DNA of 55,626 nt from assembly GCA_001938485.1 (NCBI GenBank), contig MQRK01181505.1:1-55626 (forward strand). Reading direction: 5' to 3'. Source of the DNA: Girardia tigrina (taxonomy: Eukaryota). The notes under the pieces were generated by a model. The model had not been told where the DNA came from and did no database searches. It worked only from the letters and a program-made list of their open reading frames with translations. Position numbers and translations under genes: made by a program. Of this stretch, positions 39,701 to 52,136 are shown piece by piece; position 1 is the stretch's first letter, and every line of letters begins with the position of its first letter.

Positions 39701-40481
39701 TGTTGTGTCAAGTGACTTGCAATTAATTTACAAGACTCTAGCTTCCTCTGGTTGTGAAGCCTGTAAAATGGGATTCGTGAACCTGCAGTTCATTGCAATG
39801 ATATCCTATTGAATTGAATTTTTTGTCATCATTTGAGTTGAATTCTTTTGCAATGAAGCCTGTTTATACAAGTGGAGCAGTATCGTATCGATTCTTAGTT
39901 GGGGGAGGGGTATGAAGGCCTCATCAGCGTCCTAAGCCTGCAAAAAAGCCTCGGGGGGATTCATTACTATTATTAAATTTATATATTATAATTTAGGGAA
40001 GCTCTGCTACGCTCTATCGGTCCGGGTATGGGACAAAAGAAAAAGGAAATTTGTTGTAAAAAACTTCTTAATCAAAACTAACAAAAGCCTCCAAGGGGAA
40101 GAATATGCCACGAATATTCGATATTATGCAAACATTGAATCGATGATCAGCTATTTTAAAAGTAAGAATGATATAAAAAATAATTTTTGCAAATATTATT
40201 TTTTATCATTAGAATATGGAATCGGAACTATTAGAACAAGATTAACCGATCCAATTCCACTTGATCTACCATACCCTTCTCAACACACTGATACCTTTAA
40301 ACCTTGTGAAGCAAAAGAAAAACAGATTAATTTTTGGTATGGGAACGCAAATGATGAAACAAATACGAAAATTAAGAAGAAAAAGAATATTTTTAAAATC
40401 GGAAAACGTGCAGTCTTAGAGAAGTTTAAAACTTACTATAAGAAAATCTGGAAAACATTCAATAACAATTCTTTGAATTAA
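34759..40481 (+). CDS. Src-family-derived SH3-SH2 protein, 4 exons, 283 aa, apparently lacking the kinase domain
   Basis: Exons 34759-34780, 34839-35234, 39997-40161 and 40213-40481 are all GT-AG and phase 1, with no stops. SH3: DLSF..NDNWL..GLVPLSNF. SH2: AWMDVNRNQAKQLL..GTYIVRPSS|RKLCYALSVRVWD..VKNFLI..IESMISYF|K..RLTDP. Confidence 0.85.
36030..36070 (-). ncRNA. Degenerate minimal hammerhead ribozyme
   Basis: CTGAAGA-t-gGTGGA aaa TCCATa-GAAA-TATA-TT-gcgaa; a second stem II+GAAA remnant (GCTGT..ACAGC-GAAA) lies at 36083-36103. Confidence 0.55.
36030..36555 (-). mobile_element. Penelope-like element 3' fragment (GIY-YIG endonuclease) inside intron 2 of the SH3-SH2 gene
   Basis: ORF 36073-36429: NLVYQFSCNGCNATYIGETSRHLCKRIQEH...H...C...ERVTCEALLIKSLNPFIN. 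Confidence 0.9.
36632..36699. repeat. Compound (CA)n(TA)n microsatellite
   Basis: Seen directly in the sequence. Confidence 0.95.
39518..39590 (-). pseudogene. Decayed tRNA-like sequence (tRNA-Val(TAC) pseudogene or SINE head)
   Basis: A-box-like TGTAATAGTCAGC, loop CTTACAT and B-box GAGTTCGACTTCC at tRNA spacing; the stems pair poorly. Confidence 0.35.
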
Positions 40482-41252
40482 AATATAAAAAACCTTTTTA
40501 TTCGAACACATTTCTTTAACGTTTTTCCAAAACCATTTTCTCAGTTTATTTATTCATAAAAATTTTTTTTAAACAGATTTGTTTGGTATTATCACAACGT
40601 TTTCTTTTCGTTTTTTGAACTAATTCTTTATTAAAATGTTTTAGTTGTGATAAAAAAACTGTTGGTGTTGTATATTTAATGGGTTTGAAACTTTTATTTT
40701 AGAGTTCTTCCCATTGTATTATATTCAGAAAAAATAATTTAATAAATATTAAATAAAAAGGAATCTTATTTTCAATTAATGAAATATTTGCATAAAGTTT
40801 TCAAAAATATAAAACATTGAAAAATTGATTTTATCATCATTTAGAAGAAGACATGTAATAGGATAAAGATTAAGATTAAGAAAAGAGAAGGTCAGTTATT
40901 GTTCGAACTCTCTCCTAAAGAAAGAAAATTAAAAAAAACTATTTCCCATAATTATTTTAATTTGGTTATAATAAAATTATTTAAAAACATTATCATTATT
41001 AACAAAATCAACATGATTTTTCGAACATTTATTAATATCACAAGGGGAATTGCCATTACAATATTATTCAAACTACTTTGGCCATTCGACATTCTTTCTT
41101 GATTAATATATTTCTGAAATTTAAATATTACATTTGAAAAAATATAAAATAAGTATAATATTTAAATAATTATACTTTAAAATTAAATTAAAATAATTTT
41201 CAATTAGTAGGAATCAAAGAAAATACCAATCTATATTATAGGGATAAAAATA

Positions 41253-41297
41253 AGACGACACTTTTCGAGATAATTAATAATTTCATCATCAGGTAAC
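41253..41297 (-). ncRNA. Degenerate minimal hammerhead ribozyme
   Basis: CTGATGA-t-GAAATTATTAATTATCTC-GAAA-AGTG-TC; core boxes intact, stems decayed. Confidence 0.5.
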
Positions 41298-41324
41298 AAA
41301 ATGCACCAGGCAAGTACACTATAT

Positions 41325-42278
41325 GGAAACTTGCCAAAAATAAACAAAATTTATCCAATAAATTATTGGATAAAAATAATTTTATTTCATTTTTCCTTTA
41401 ATATGAAGCAAAATGCACTAAATGCAATCAATTTCATTCTCGCAAACCAACCATTGGCAGCTATCAATTGCCATTTGAGAAAACGATATGTTTTCTCTAT
41501 CATTGCGTACTTTACAAGGTAACGGAGACATATGATAAAGATGACAACTAACAGCACACCAAAAGCTAATCTTTGAGATGAAACTTCTCACACTCCCTGC
41601 AATCAACTCAATTTTAGCCTTCCCACTAAGCCCAAAACAATCTGAAATCTCATCGATGCAATTTGACTGAAATTTCTGACCAAATGAAAATCTGAGAGAA
41701 CGTTGTGTTCTCTCAACTGTACCAGGATTGAGACTGGTGACACTCAGTGGATTTGAAGTTATCCGAAACCGCAATCAATAGTCTCAGGAGAAGATGTGTA
41801 ATCTCCAACATCAAACACTGCGCATCAACTTGGGCGAAGCACAACACTCTCTGCTACAATCCCTNNNNNNNNNNNNNNNNNNNNNNNNNNNNNNNNNNNN
41901 NNNNNNNNNNNNNNNNNGTTTAAAAGACGCTGTAGTCTAAAACGGCCCTTTCTCTGTGGTCCTCTGTGACCCTAATTTTCTAATTGTTTTATGATAATAA
42001 AATTTTGTAAACACATTTGGTCAATGCAAAACAATCACACACCGAAAAAATACATTTTGTTTAGAATTCTTTCAAAAAGTATTCCTTGTAATGTAGGAAA
42101 CGATAGAGAAAACATATCGTTTTCTAAAATGGCAATTGATAGCTGCCAATGGTTGGTTTGCAAGAATGGCATTGATTAAATGTAGTGTATTTTGCTTCAT
42201 TTTAAAGGAAAAGTGAAATAAAATTTTTTTCATCCAATAATTTATTGAATAAATTTTATTTATTTTTGACAAGTTTCC
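41325..42278. mobile_element. Element with ~195-bp inverted arms (MULE-like or foldback), spanning a gap
   Basis: 41325-41519 and 42084-42278 are highly similar inverted copies; no TSD found. Confidence 0.6.
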
Positions 42279-42571
42279 CCACGACTTCCGACATTTAAAT
42301 AAAGAAAAAAATACGACTGGATAAAAATAATTTATTAATTTACAAATTTTGAATTTTCCAACAAATTTCTAATTATTAAAGCAACTGTTTTTTAAATATT
42401 TTTTGTAATTCTATTTTTAACCGTTACTTATAAATATAGATATTTAATAACACTAATTGTTAGTATTAGAGCGGGCGCAGCGCAGTGGCAACGTTCCGAG
42501 GTTTGGGGTGGACTGCGGGACGCAGGGGAAAACAGATCGAAGCTCATCCTGCTCTTTCTCCGTCATTTTAC

Positions 42572-43770
42572 GATCAACTTCATTAATCTCTTGACAATGT
42601 CTTGAATACGGTGTTCCGATACAGATTTTTCAAAATGCTTCTTCACATTGATTAGATCGTCTAATCTTAAATGAGCATTCTGCGCTTTTGAACAGGCTTT
42701 GGCTATTAATTTATAATCAGCCTGATTTTCACGTCCGACTTCAAAGATTTTATTACACACTGATGTGGACAAGGCCACCGATCGATCGCATGCTAAAATG
42801 CGACAGCGCAATATTTGCTCGTCGATCAATAAAGTTTACCATATTTCGGTGGCGTTCATACTTTCGAAGGGTCGCCACCATACNNNNNNNNNNNNNNNNN
42901 NNNNNNNNNNNNNNNNNNNNNNNNNNNNNNNNNNNNNNNNNNNNNNNNNNNNNNNNNNNNNNNNNNNNNNCGACCGATGTCGACGATTTACAATCGATAA
43001 ACGCGACAATCGCTCCACGGGAGTTGTTGTTCTGATGGATTCGGATTGTTTGGATTTTGCCATGACTTTGAGACGTTTGTCTAATGTCGGTTTATTCGCA
43101 ATTTTTCGGTAAATTATTAATCCATAAATAACGAGTGATTCTCATAATTTGGAACAAACAGAAAGTAAATCTTTCGACAATTTATTCCCTTGTTGTTGTT
43201 GACTTGGATTTCCAGTAAATCATAAAATACGAGAGAAAATACGTTCTCGATTTGCAATTATTGGAATCGTTTTATTTACGGTATTATCCACAAAAAATTA
43301 AATATACACGGAAAAAATTGTGAAAGCAAAATTTTTTATTTATTCATACCAGAAAATTTTTAAAAGTTCATACACTTGGTATTATTAAAACACCAACAGT
43401 TTTTTTTAAATAAAAATATTTTAAATTGTTTTTGAAAATTTTCTTTAAATGCTCATCTAAATTTTTCAGTTTTAAAAATTTCAGGGGTCGCAAATCCAAT
43501 TAAGAAGGTTTTTTTTAAATTAAAAATCAAAAAAATTAAATTAAATATCACTTAAAAAACTCTTAATTGGTTGCTACTGTTGATGCGATTTAGTGAACAC
43601 TACACACACCATAATATATTGCGCATATTCTCCTCTTTCAAAACGCACAGCACCAACACCAGCATAACACGTGCAATTCTTTGGATCAAGTTTAATAATT
43701 TCATTAAAATAATGAAGAGTGACTGAAAAACTCTTCGGCTTTTCCACCACCAATGCCATCTCCGAGAAAT
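42572..43770 (-). pseudogene. STIP1: STIP1/Hop TPR2A fragment split by an insertion
   Basis: 43770-43604 reads TLHYFNEIIKLDPKNCTCYAGVGAVRFERGEYAQYIMVC and 42760-42572 reads VCNKIFEVGRENQADYKLIAKA...FEKSVSEHRIQDIVKRL; compare STIP1 [52 protein letters not shown]. Confidence 0.82.
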
Positions 43771-44229
43771 TCGCCATACAAAACATAAAATCAAAATTAT
43801 CTCCTCGCCAAATGTTATTGATTTCCAACATAAATTTCTCAAAAGAATTTTATTTCACAAACGTTTCAACAATGGCGACTTTATTTCAAAAAATAACACA
43901 AAATTTCGCGCCGATTTTTTTTCAAAATAATCGATTAAAACAAATCAAAAATTACAGCTTTTTCTATAAATTCAATCAATAATATTGTGATAAAATAACT
44001 GGTCAATCATAAACGGCCTTTACGTTCGAGATATTCTTGAAGCTCAAAATTATTTTTTTTTATTTTGCCCTTTTGGCGTCCATTTTTTTGTTTATTTAAT
44101 TTTTTTTGCTTTATTATTTTTTAAATCTTTTTTTAACAAAAGAATATATTCAGAATTTATAGATAATAATCCGCAGACAAATGAAGATTTTGTCAATTAA
44201 AATCCATTTCCACATCTTCGATTTTTTTG

Positions 44230-45000
44230 TTTTTGAACATTGATACGATGTAAAATTGTTTCTTATTATTTATCGACATAGAAAGTCACAGGCGTCCATA
44301 ACACAACTGCATTTGAAATTTCTGGTTTCATTGTGCTCGTTAAAATCGGCTTTGGTAGAATTTCTCCAATTAATAACGGATTCTTATTAAATTCGAGATC
44401 ATTAAACTCAAATTTTTCATCAATTTCCTTCAATTCAGAAATATGTGATTTAACTACATTGTCTTTTACAGAGGAATTTCCATTGAACTGTAGAATTTCG
44501 AGTTAACTTCGATATTGGCCCCCCATGTGAATCGAACACTAATAATTATTTAAATATTGCGAATTAAAAATATCTTATAAATTATACTTATAAAGCTTAC
44601 AATCTTAATACCTTTGTTATAAAATTCTAGTGATTTAGGCAGCAGTCTATTAGGAAATTTATTTTCCAGTTTTTCTTTCATTTGAGCTGGCTTTTGAAAG
44701 TCCACAAATATGACCTCAATCGCTTATTTTATCTCGTGCGGTATTCCACGATTGTTTAGCTTCACATGATAGATACACTGACATGCCTTCTTTGTCGTGG
44801 TGAAAAATCATGATAATTTTGGCTGGGCATCCACAAGAAGCTTTGAATTTACTTTTGTAGAATTGCTTCATTCCTTCAGTTTGGCAGTCCCGTAGATCTG
44901 ATTTCACCCATAAATTGTCTTGCATACATAGTCTTTAGCATCGTCTTTATCACTAAATGTTTTCATCTTTTCGTGCGTTTTATTTTCTCTACGCTTATTG
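44230..45000 (-). mobile_element. Decayed MULE-like transposase fragments
   Basis: KTFSDKDDAKDYV/QDNLWVK..TEGMKQFYK...CPAKIIMIFH..MSVY N-terminal domain, and a CSC....LC SWIM-like remnant near 44290. Confidence 0.5.
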
Positions 45001-45357
45001 TTTGATCTTGCACTACTTTTATCTACTTGCTGAGATGTTTTTGGTTGTTTTGGGATTTCGATGAATTCTTCTTCACTGGAATCCTCTTGGTCCAGTAATT
45101 TGAAATTTTTTAAGTTTATGGATTTTTGATTAAAATTCTATTTAAAAATAATAGTAATACAATTTATTTTACATTTTTAAATTAAATTTTTACCTTTTTT
45201 AATTTTAAAATTTAAAACAAACATTTATCTTCTGTTTTAATTTATTTATCTGCTGGTATAATTCAAAAAAATATCTTCTACTTTAATTCATTTATATTCT
45301 AGAATAATTTTTTTATCTTCTAGAATAAAACATTTATCTTCAAAAATAATTTATTCC

Positions 45358-45740
45358 CCTTTAAAATTCCACCAAATACACAACATAACCTTTTTCGCAC
45401 GCAAGTCAGGCTTTGGCGTGGGTTTCGTCACTTCGCTTATGATTAATATGAAGCATCCAATTTTTTTCATCTCAGGTAACAATTGGTTCTAAAAATGGCA
45501 ATTGGTCTTGACGAGAGTGCAGCAAACTGCAGATTGTAGCTCTTTGTTTGCGGTTGTTTTCGGTTAAATCATGTGGTACCCACTTTCCAAACTTTTGGAC
45601 CTTATCAAGTGACAGCAATTGGTTGAAAATAGTTTGTAGCGAACAGTTTAAAGCTGTCGCAAGGTCGTGTTGCGTTATTTCAGGATTTGTAACCATAAGA
45701 GTCTCAAGTGCTTTCTGGTCAAAATCAGACACGGCCTCAA
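45358..45740 (-). mobile_element. Mariner transposase internal fragment
   Basis: GKWVPHDLTENNRKQR..IC..L...FLEPIVT*DEK...TPKPDLRAKKVMLCIWWNFKG. Confidence 0.9.
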
Positions 45741-46164
45741 TAATTCTCGTCATTCAACGAAAAATTTTCATCCCGAAATTTCTTAAACAAATGCTGGCAT
45801 TTTCTGACACAAACTGTACCTTGACCAAAAACACTGCAAATATTTTTAGCAGCCTCATTTGCTTTTCTTTCAAAGTAAAACTCGTAAAGCATGCAATGCC
45901 TTATATTCTCTTCATCTACGATCCTTTGCCATCTACTCTGAAAAAAAATTCAACAGTTAAAACGCAAAATATTTGCAACAAACCTTGTTAATTAAGCTTT
46001 ACACTTTTAGTAAAGACCAAACATTTTGTATACAAAAAAGCAGGTTTGAAGGTTATATTGATGCATTTAAACGAAGATCAAATAAATTACATTAATTATT
46101 ATTAGACCTATTATTCGGTTTTCGATCGGTTTTCGTTTTTGACTAAGGATTCTAAAAAGAAAAA

Positions 46165-47040
46165 TAGAGCAGGTCTACCAAAATTTCAAGGAAAATTTTG
46201 CCATAGGTGAAGTTCAATCATTTGCATCAACAAATCTTCTTGCTCAAAAATGGAAAGACAAACGCGATGTTCATATCCTTACATCAATTCATAAACCCAG
46301 TATGCAAGATAGTGATAAAATTGACTATACAACTGGTCAGTTTAAACGTAAGCCAACGAGTGTTCTTGGTTACACTACGTATATGAGTGCTGTCGATGAT
46401 ACTGATATGCAAATGTCATTTACAAGCTGTGATAGAAAAACAACAAAGTGGTACAAAAAGTTTTTCTTTCATCTAATGGATATTGCTATGTTATATTCAT
46501 ATCAAGCATACAAATTATAAAGAAGCGTGGATATTTAATTATTTGATTTCAAGTATAAACTCATAACTAAACTTATTCAAAAGTACCATTCAGGAGAAGC
46601 ATGTAGAATTGGTAGAAAATCAATGGACAACCGTCTGAGACTGATTTTTCGCCACTTTTCATCATTTATACCTCAACTTCCTGGAGAAAAGGTAGAGACT
46701 AAAAGACATTGCAAAGTGTGCTCGTCAAACGGAAATCACCAAAAAACAATTTTTATGTGTAATCACTGTAAAATTGTTCTATGTGCTGCACCTTGCTTCA
46801 ATGATTTTTACACGAAAGTGCATATCAACTTATAAACATTCTTCTGTTTATCAAAACCTTTATTATGCTTTTTTTTAGTAATTTTAAATTCTTTTGATCA
46901 AAAAATTTGAAACTTTCGAAATTATGTAGTACTTACGTGATTTGTAATGATATCAATATTTTTCTTTGATTTACAAATTCAGAATTGCTTCTTTTATAAC
47001 AAACAAATTTAAACAACAAAAAAATTCGGTAGTGAAAGGG
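46165..47040 (+). mobile_element. piggyBac (PGBD4-like) 3' half
   Basis: KWKDKRDVHILTSIH...KP..VLGY...MSAVD..D...RKTTKWYKKFFFHLMDIA; Cys-rich tail CKVC...CNHCKIVLCAAPCFNDFYT; right end AAAGGG|TTAA. Confidence 0.9.
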
Positions 47041-48080
47041 TTAAAATGATTATACTTAGCTTCGATCATAAAAAATAGCACTTCAATTGGATTAAATTGT
47101 GGTGAATATGGTGAGGTAAAACGAATTTTTATCCTATAAAGAGGGAGCATCTCAAGATCTGTTTCTGTCTAATCAACTTTTGAATTGTCTATAATTAAAA
47201 ATGAAAACCTATGAATACTAGGAGAATTGGATCCTAGAAAATATTAACATTTTCAAAGTTGGAATTGTTGTTTATTGTTGTATACCAACTATTTTATGCA
47301 AAAATTATAACATCAAATGCGAGTCTTTACCTTTCTTTCACCAAAACATTACGTTTTCCAAAATACAGTACTATTATGGCCAGCGTGGCATATTTAATAA
47401 CCACACAAAACAGTTTTTTTATCTGTGATTAATCGAATTCTTTATTTTTATTTATTTTATCGTTGTTGATACATATAGTTATATCTATTATACTAAAGTT
47501 TATTTTACTATAATCCTTTAGGTAGATTATGTCTCATTTTATTTGCGCCGAGTTAAGGAAGTTCATTGACGTACTGTTTTTAGTCAGTTAGCTTCTTCGT
47601 TGGGAATATAGATAAATAAATAGACATCGTACTTCTTTAGTACTATGGATTTTATTTATTTACAGAAAGAATTATATTTCTATTTCGAATACGTTTTTTT
47701 ATATTTTTAATTAAACAATTCAAAATATTTGCCTTCTTGGTATTTGCAAATGAATCTGCTAACTGCATATGTTTCGAAACCTGTGTCTCTGCTATTCTAT
47801 CAATAGTCTTCTAATGATCATTCGATATTCAAATTACAATATTATAACGTTTTATGCTTACATTCGTCATTTGCTTCATTTTTTTACTGATATTTGATAC
47901 GGTCTTCATGTAGAAAGAAAACTTATTATTTTTATTAATGTAAAAAACTAATAATTTACTGAAATAATTTATTGTTGTACAGTAACGAGGTTTTCATTTT
48001 GTAGACAATTTTTGTATAATTTTGCAATGACACTTGTATAGACATGCAAAACATTGTAATTAGTTATTTTTTATTGTTAA

Positions 48081-48317
48081 CCCTTCGTAACTCAATATCT
48101 TAAAGGTAATTGAGAAAATGTAATAGAGAGAGGACTGTCAAATTCGTCATCCTACCACCAACGCCACCTGTAGACACTAATAACTCACCGATGTTGTATA
48201 GATCGGTGTGTAACAGATATGCAACAGTCATTTAAAATGTGATATGTTAATATAGTTAGAGATCATGTATGAGTTACAACGGTTTGTTACATAAGTGTCA
48301 CACCACGTTACGAAGGG
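48081..48317. mobile_element. 237-bp piggyBac-type MITE
   Basis: TTAA|CCCTTCGTAAC...GTTACGAAGGG|TTAA: a perfect 11-bp TIR and a TTAA TSD. Confidence 0.88.
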
Positions 48318-49799
48318 TTAAACATGAATGAGTTTTTCTAAAAATATATCTTCTTTGATTTCTTTTTTTTCATTCCAGAATCCAAAGCTCATATGGTGTA
48401 GTAAATGAGATCTAAACGTTAAGGAATTTTCGTTAATGCAATTATTATTAATTTAATGATCCTTTGATCTACAAAATATTTAATTGACACAAGTCGTGTA
48501 GTTTATTATTAAAATATGATTCTGTCACTTATGAATTGTTCTATTTATTATTTAATAAAGATACATTTAATTTCACTGATTATTAATATTTTCTAATTTT
48601 ATAAATAATAACATCAGTTACGTTAAAATGTGTTTAATGTCACAAGATTTAATATAAAGTTAGTCTAAGAAGACTAATATCCAATGTCGAGGTTTTAAGG
48701 TTTAACCTTTATATCATGCTTTGGTTTAGTACACCTCCATATTCATATTTGCTAAATCCAATGGAACATGCAAATAACTTACTCTCAATATATGATCTGA
48801 GGATGCTACTTATCTTATATATTTTCATAATTAATCAAGGATATTTAAAAACATCAAGCACCATATAAACTTCTTCAGAATATATAATAAAATTTAGAAT
48901 AAAATGTGACATAATAGAAAGAAAAAATTTTAAAAATGTCTCATAAAATATTTATTGAATCATTTATCTTTCAAAAATTCAATGATAAAATGAAAAAAAA
49001 ATAATGAATATTTACACTAATATTTGTTTAATTGAAAAGAAATATAAATATAAATAAGAATTTTTGAAAATTAAAAACAAAAGAAAATAATTAACATAAA
49101 TCATTTAATATTTTTTTATACATTAGAAAATAATTTTGAATAAAATATTTTAAAAAATATAATTTTTACAAATTAAAAATATTATTCTTTTAATTATTAA
49201 AAAAATGCTGTTGATGGAAATTAAATTCATTTAATTCGCATTTTTCGTTGTTTATTTATCAATTTTAATAACGTGTGAAATTAAAATAGACACAAAATAA
49301 ACCGGAAAAAACACTCGCCACTCTGTTTAAAATATAAATAATTATTTCAATTGATTTTGGTAACTTTCGCTATGGAATTATTAGATTTTCTCAACACTTA
49401 CTGAAACGGATGGAATTCCCACTAATCGACTACTATTAAATATAAATATATAAACAATATAAACATTATACTTAATATTTTGATATGCCTCTCCGCAAAG
49501 TGTCTCTTACCGACACTTATCAGAGATTATACCCGATTACCCTCATCTGTCCCCATAATTCTAACCAGTGAGGACAATCAGGCAGCTCTCGGGTTCTTAC
49601 GACTCTTATATTCAATTATTTATCATTTCTCTACTATTTAATTTTAAATTTGAATTTAATATGCTTACTGAAAGAACATGAACAAAATTTCACATATTAA
49701 TGATTTATTAAAAAATAAACATGACTAAATCAGTTAAAAAATCCATTCATTCACTCCTCATCATCAAGTTTTTGAATCGGATAAAGCAATAAACTCCTC

Positions 49800-51008
49800 T
49801 CCCTATCCAGTCGTTATGGATCGGAGGCAAAGACGAGCTCGTTGCTCTTTTAAAATTTGTTTCTTCGGCTTTACCTCGAACAATTTTTGCATTTCATTGA
49901 ATACACCGCCAAGGATTGTAGTCACAAGTCATACATTCATATTAAAGTAAGGAGTCTCTTCTAATCCACAGCCGCCTTGCTGGATATTTTTCTGGTTTTT
50001 TGGGTAAGAATCTGAAGGGCCTGAACCTTTAATCTTTTTCAATTCATGTAGTTATTTCAAAATTAAATTTTTTAAATATTTACAAAAATATTTACCTATA
50101 TAATAAAAATCTTATATTATTATTTTTTATAATTAATTAATTAAAAAAAATTAAAAAATGGAATCAAAAAACAATTTTTTTTAATGAACACAATTTGGAT
50201 GTAAATAATAACGATGTAAATAATCAATCATGTCTTTTCTTCCATTTTTCTCGGTGTATATATTTTATTGATCGCATGCAATCGATCCATCAGGTTATTT
50301 GAACGAATCGATGACTTTGACCTTTGCAGATATCAAGATCCATGCGGTATTTTTGGAGACCTTGGAACATTTTGGGGATTTAGTTTTCCAGCAGACTCGA
50401 TCGGTTTTTGATCACTTCGGACCCGGTGGCGGCCTCGATACAGATGTCAAAACGCTACTCAATGCCGGCAGATTGATTGTTTTAACAGAATCTCTTCCGA
50501 ATCTCATCACACAGGCTCACAATCTCCCTAAAACTCATTTTCAGCTTGTCGGAATAATTGTGCCTTTCGTTTTCTTTGCTCGCACCTTTTCCGTGTTCGG
50601 CTCATTTTGCCCGTCATTGATGTCACCATATCTTCCTTAGTGATAGATGCATGAATTGTTGAAGATGGAGCAAGGTTTCTATTTCCTGCTTCCATGGGTT
50701 TCTTTGCTGCAATTCTAGAAGCAGTTTCCAAGATCATTGCGGGATCTTCTTGGGAAATTTTCTTTATGATATTCTTGTGATATTCTGAAATATTTATCGA
50801 TAATTTCTGCCTGTAAGGCATTTATTTTTTGCTGCCCTTGCATATACGTATCTAATATTGCTTTATGTACTGATAGAAGAACTGAGAGTTTTCTATAATT
50901 CTCAAGTTGCGTTGTTTTTTCGGACAACTCCTTTGTAAGTTTATCAATTTCCTCCATTCTTATCTAGAGCTCAGGAAGCAACCCTCTATACTGATCTTCT
51001 TTTTTCAT
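49800..51008 (-). pseudogene. Decayed coding-like region with a coiled-coil N-terminus, family unknown
   Basis: Overlapping minus-strand ORFs 50715-50957 and 50528-50821 continue in a stop-interrupted frame; GC is higher than in the flanks. Confidence 0.35.
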
Positions 51009-51013
51009 ATATT

Positions 51014-51331
51014 TGTCAATTAATTAAATAAACGAGGATGAGACGTGGTTTTATTGATATAATAAAAACAGAAAGAAATAAATAATTGATGAAGATAAGC
51101 ATAGACAAGTCATCAGTTAAGAATACCAATAACTTCACAACCGGACCGTCAACAGGCTGGGCAAGTCCTAAAAGCACCTGCCGTCTCTTATTGACTGATC
51201 GATAGCCTTCAAATATCTTCGAGAAATACTTACTGTCTGATCATCAACAGTCTCAACAGGCACTATCAGCACCTGTCATTATCCATCTACGGATTGGCAA
51301 CCATGAGGACATCTCCAAACCTCCATCAACA
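51014..51331 (-). mobile_element. Possible solo LTR
   Basis: 318 bp, TGTTG...TGACA ends, AATAAA about 40 nt before the 3' end; no TSD or PBS. Confidence 0.3.
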
Positions 51332-51949
51332 AAAAAACAAAAAAGCTAAAAATCATTTAAGACAAATTCATTTTAAAGATATATTTGATAATAAAAGTTC
51401 TGGTAGAATGTACTAAAGTCGTACTAAAAGTCTTAATAAAATTTGTGATAGTAATAAAAGTGCCGAAATCATATTAGTTTTTTTTATTAAGTATTAAAAG
51501 GAAATTAATAATAATACTGATCAACATAGAAAATTATATTCGAATAACGAAGTAAATATAAATTTACAGAAGTCACAAAAATCAAAAAATATAATTTTCT
51601 TTATATATTTGATATTTTTTAGTTTACTTAAATTAATTAATTTATTGTTGAATTATAAATTTATTTATTTATATACTTAAAAATAGAAATTTGTATTTGC
51701 GTGGCTTTATGTATCAACAAATAATTTTCTACATTATAAACAAAATTTGATTCACAATTTAGAACAATAATAATGATACATTACTAATAAATATTATAAT
51801 TACTAATTATTAACACAAATATTCATGCAATATTTTTTTTGTTTATAAATTATGAAAAATAATATTGGAAAATAATTATTAACAGAAAAATAAAAAAAAT
51901 AAAAATCAAAAAAACTAAATAAAAAAATAAAACCATGTATAACATTGCA

Positions 51950-52070
51950 GTGGGCCTCCCATCTCTTTCAATGGTATTGAGCCGTAGACTCTTCAGAGTG
52001 TCCACCCCAACTAAATAGCACTAGCAGTACCCCTTCCCTCCGATAGGCCTCCTACGAGGTTGTCACCTTT
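51950..52070 (-). repeat. Second copy of the GC-rich repeat at 935-1045
   Basis: Colinear similarity on the reverse strand. Confidence 0.7.
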
Positions 52071-52136
52071 CCGCTTACGATGTCTCTTCGGACACCCAGT
52101 AAAAAACAACCAACCATGTTCGGATGTTCCATGACT

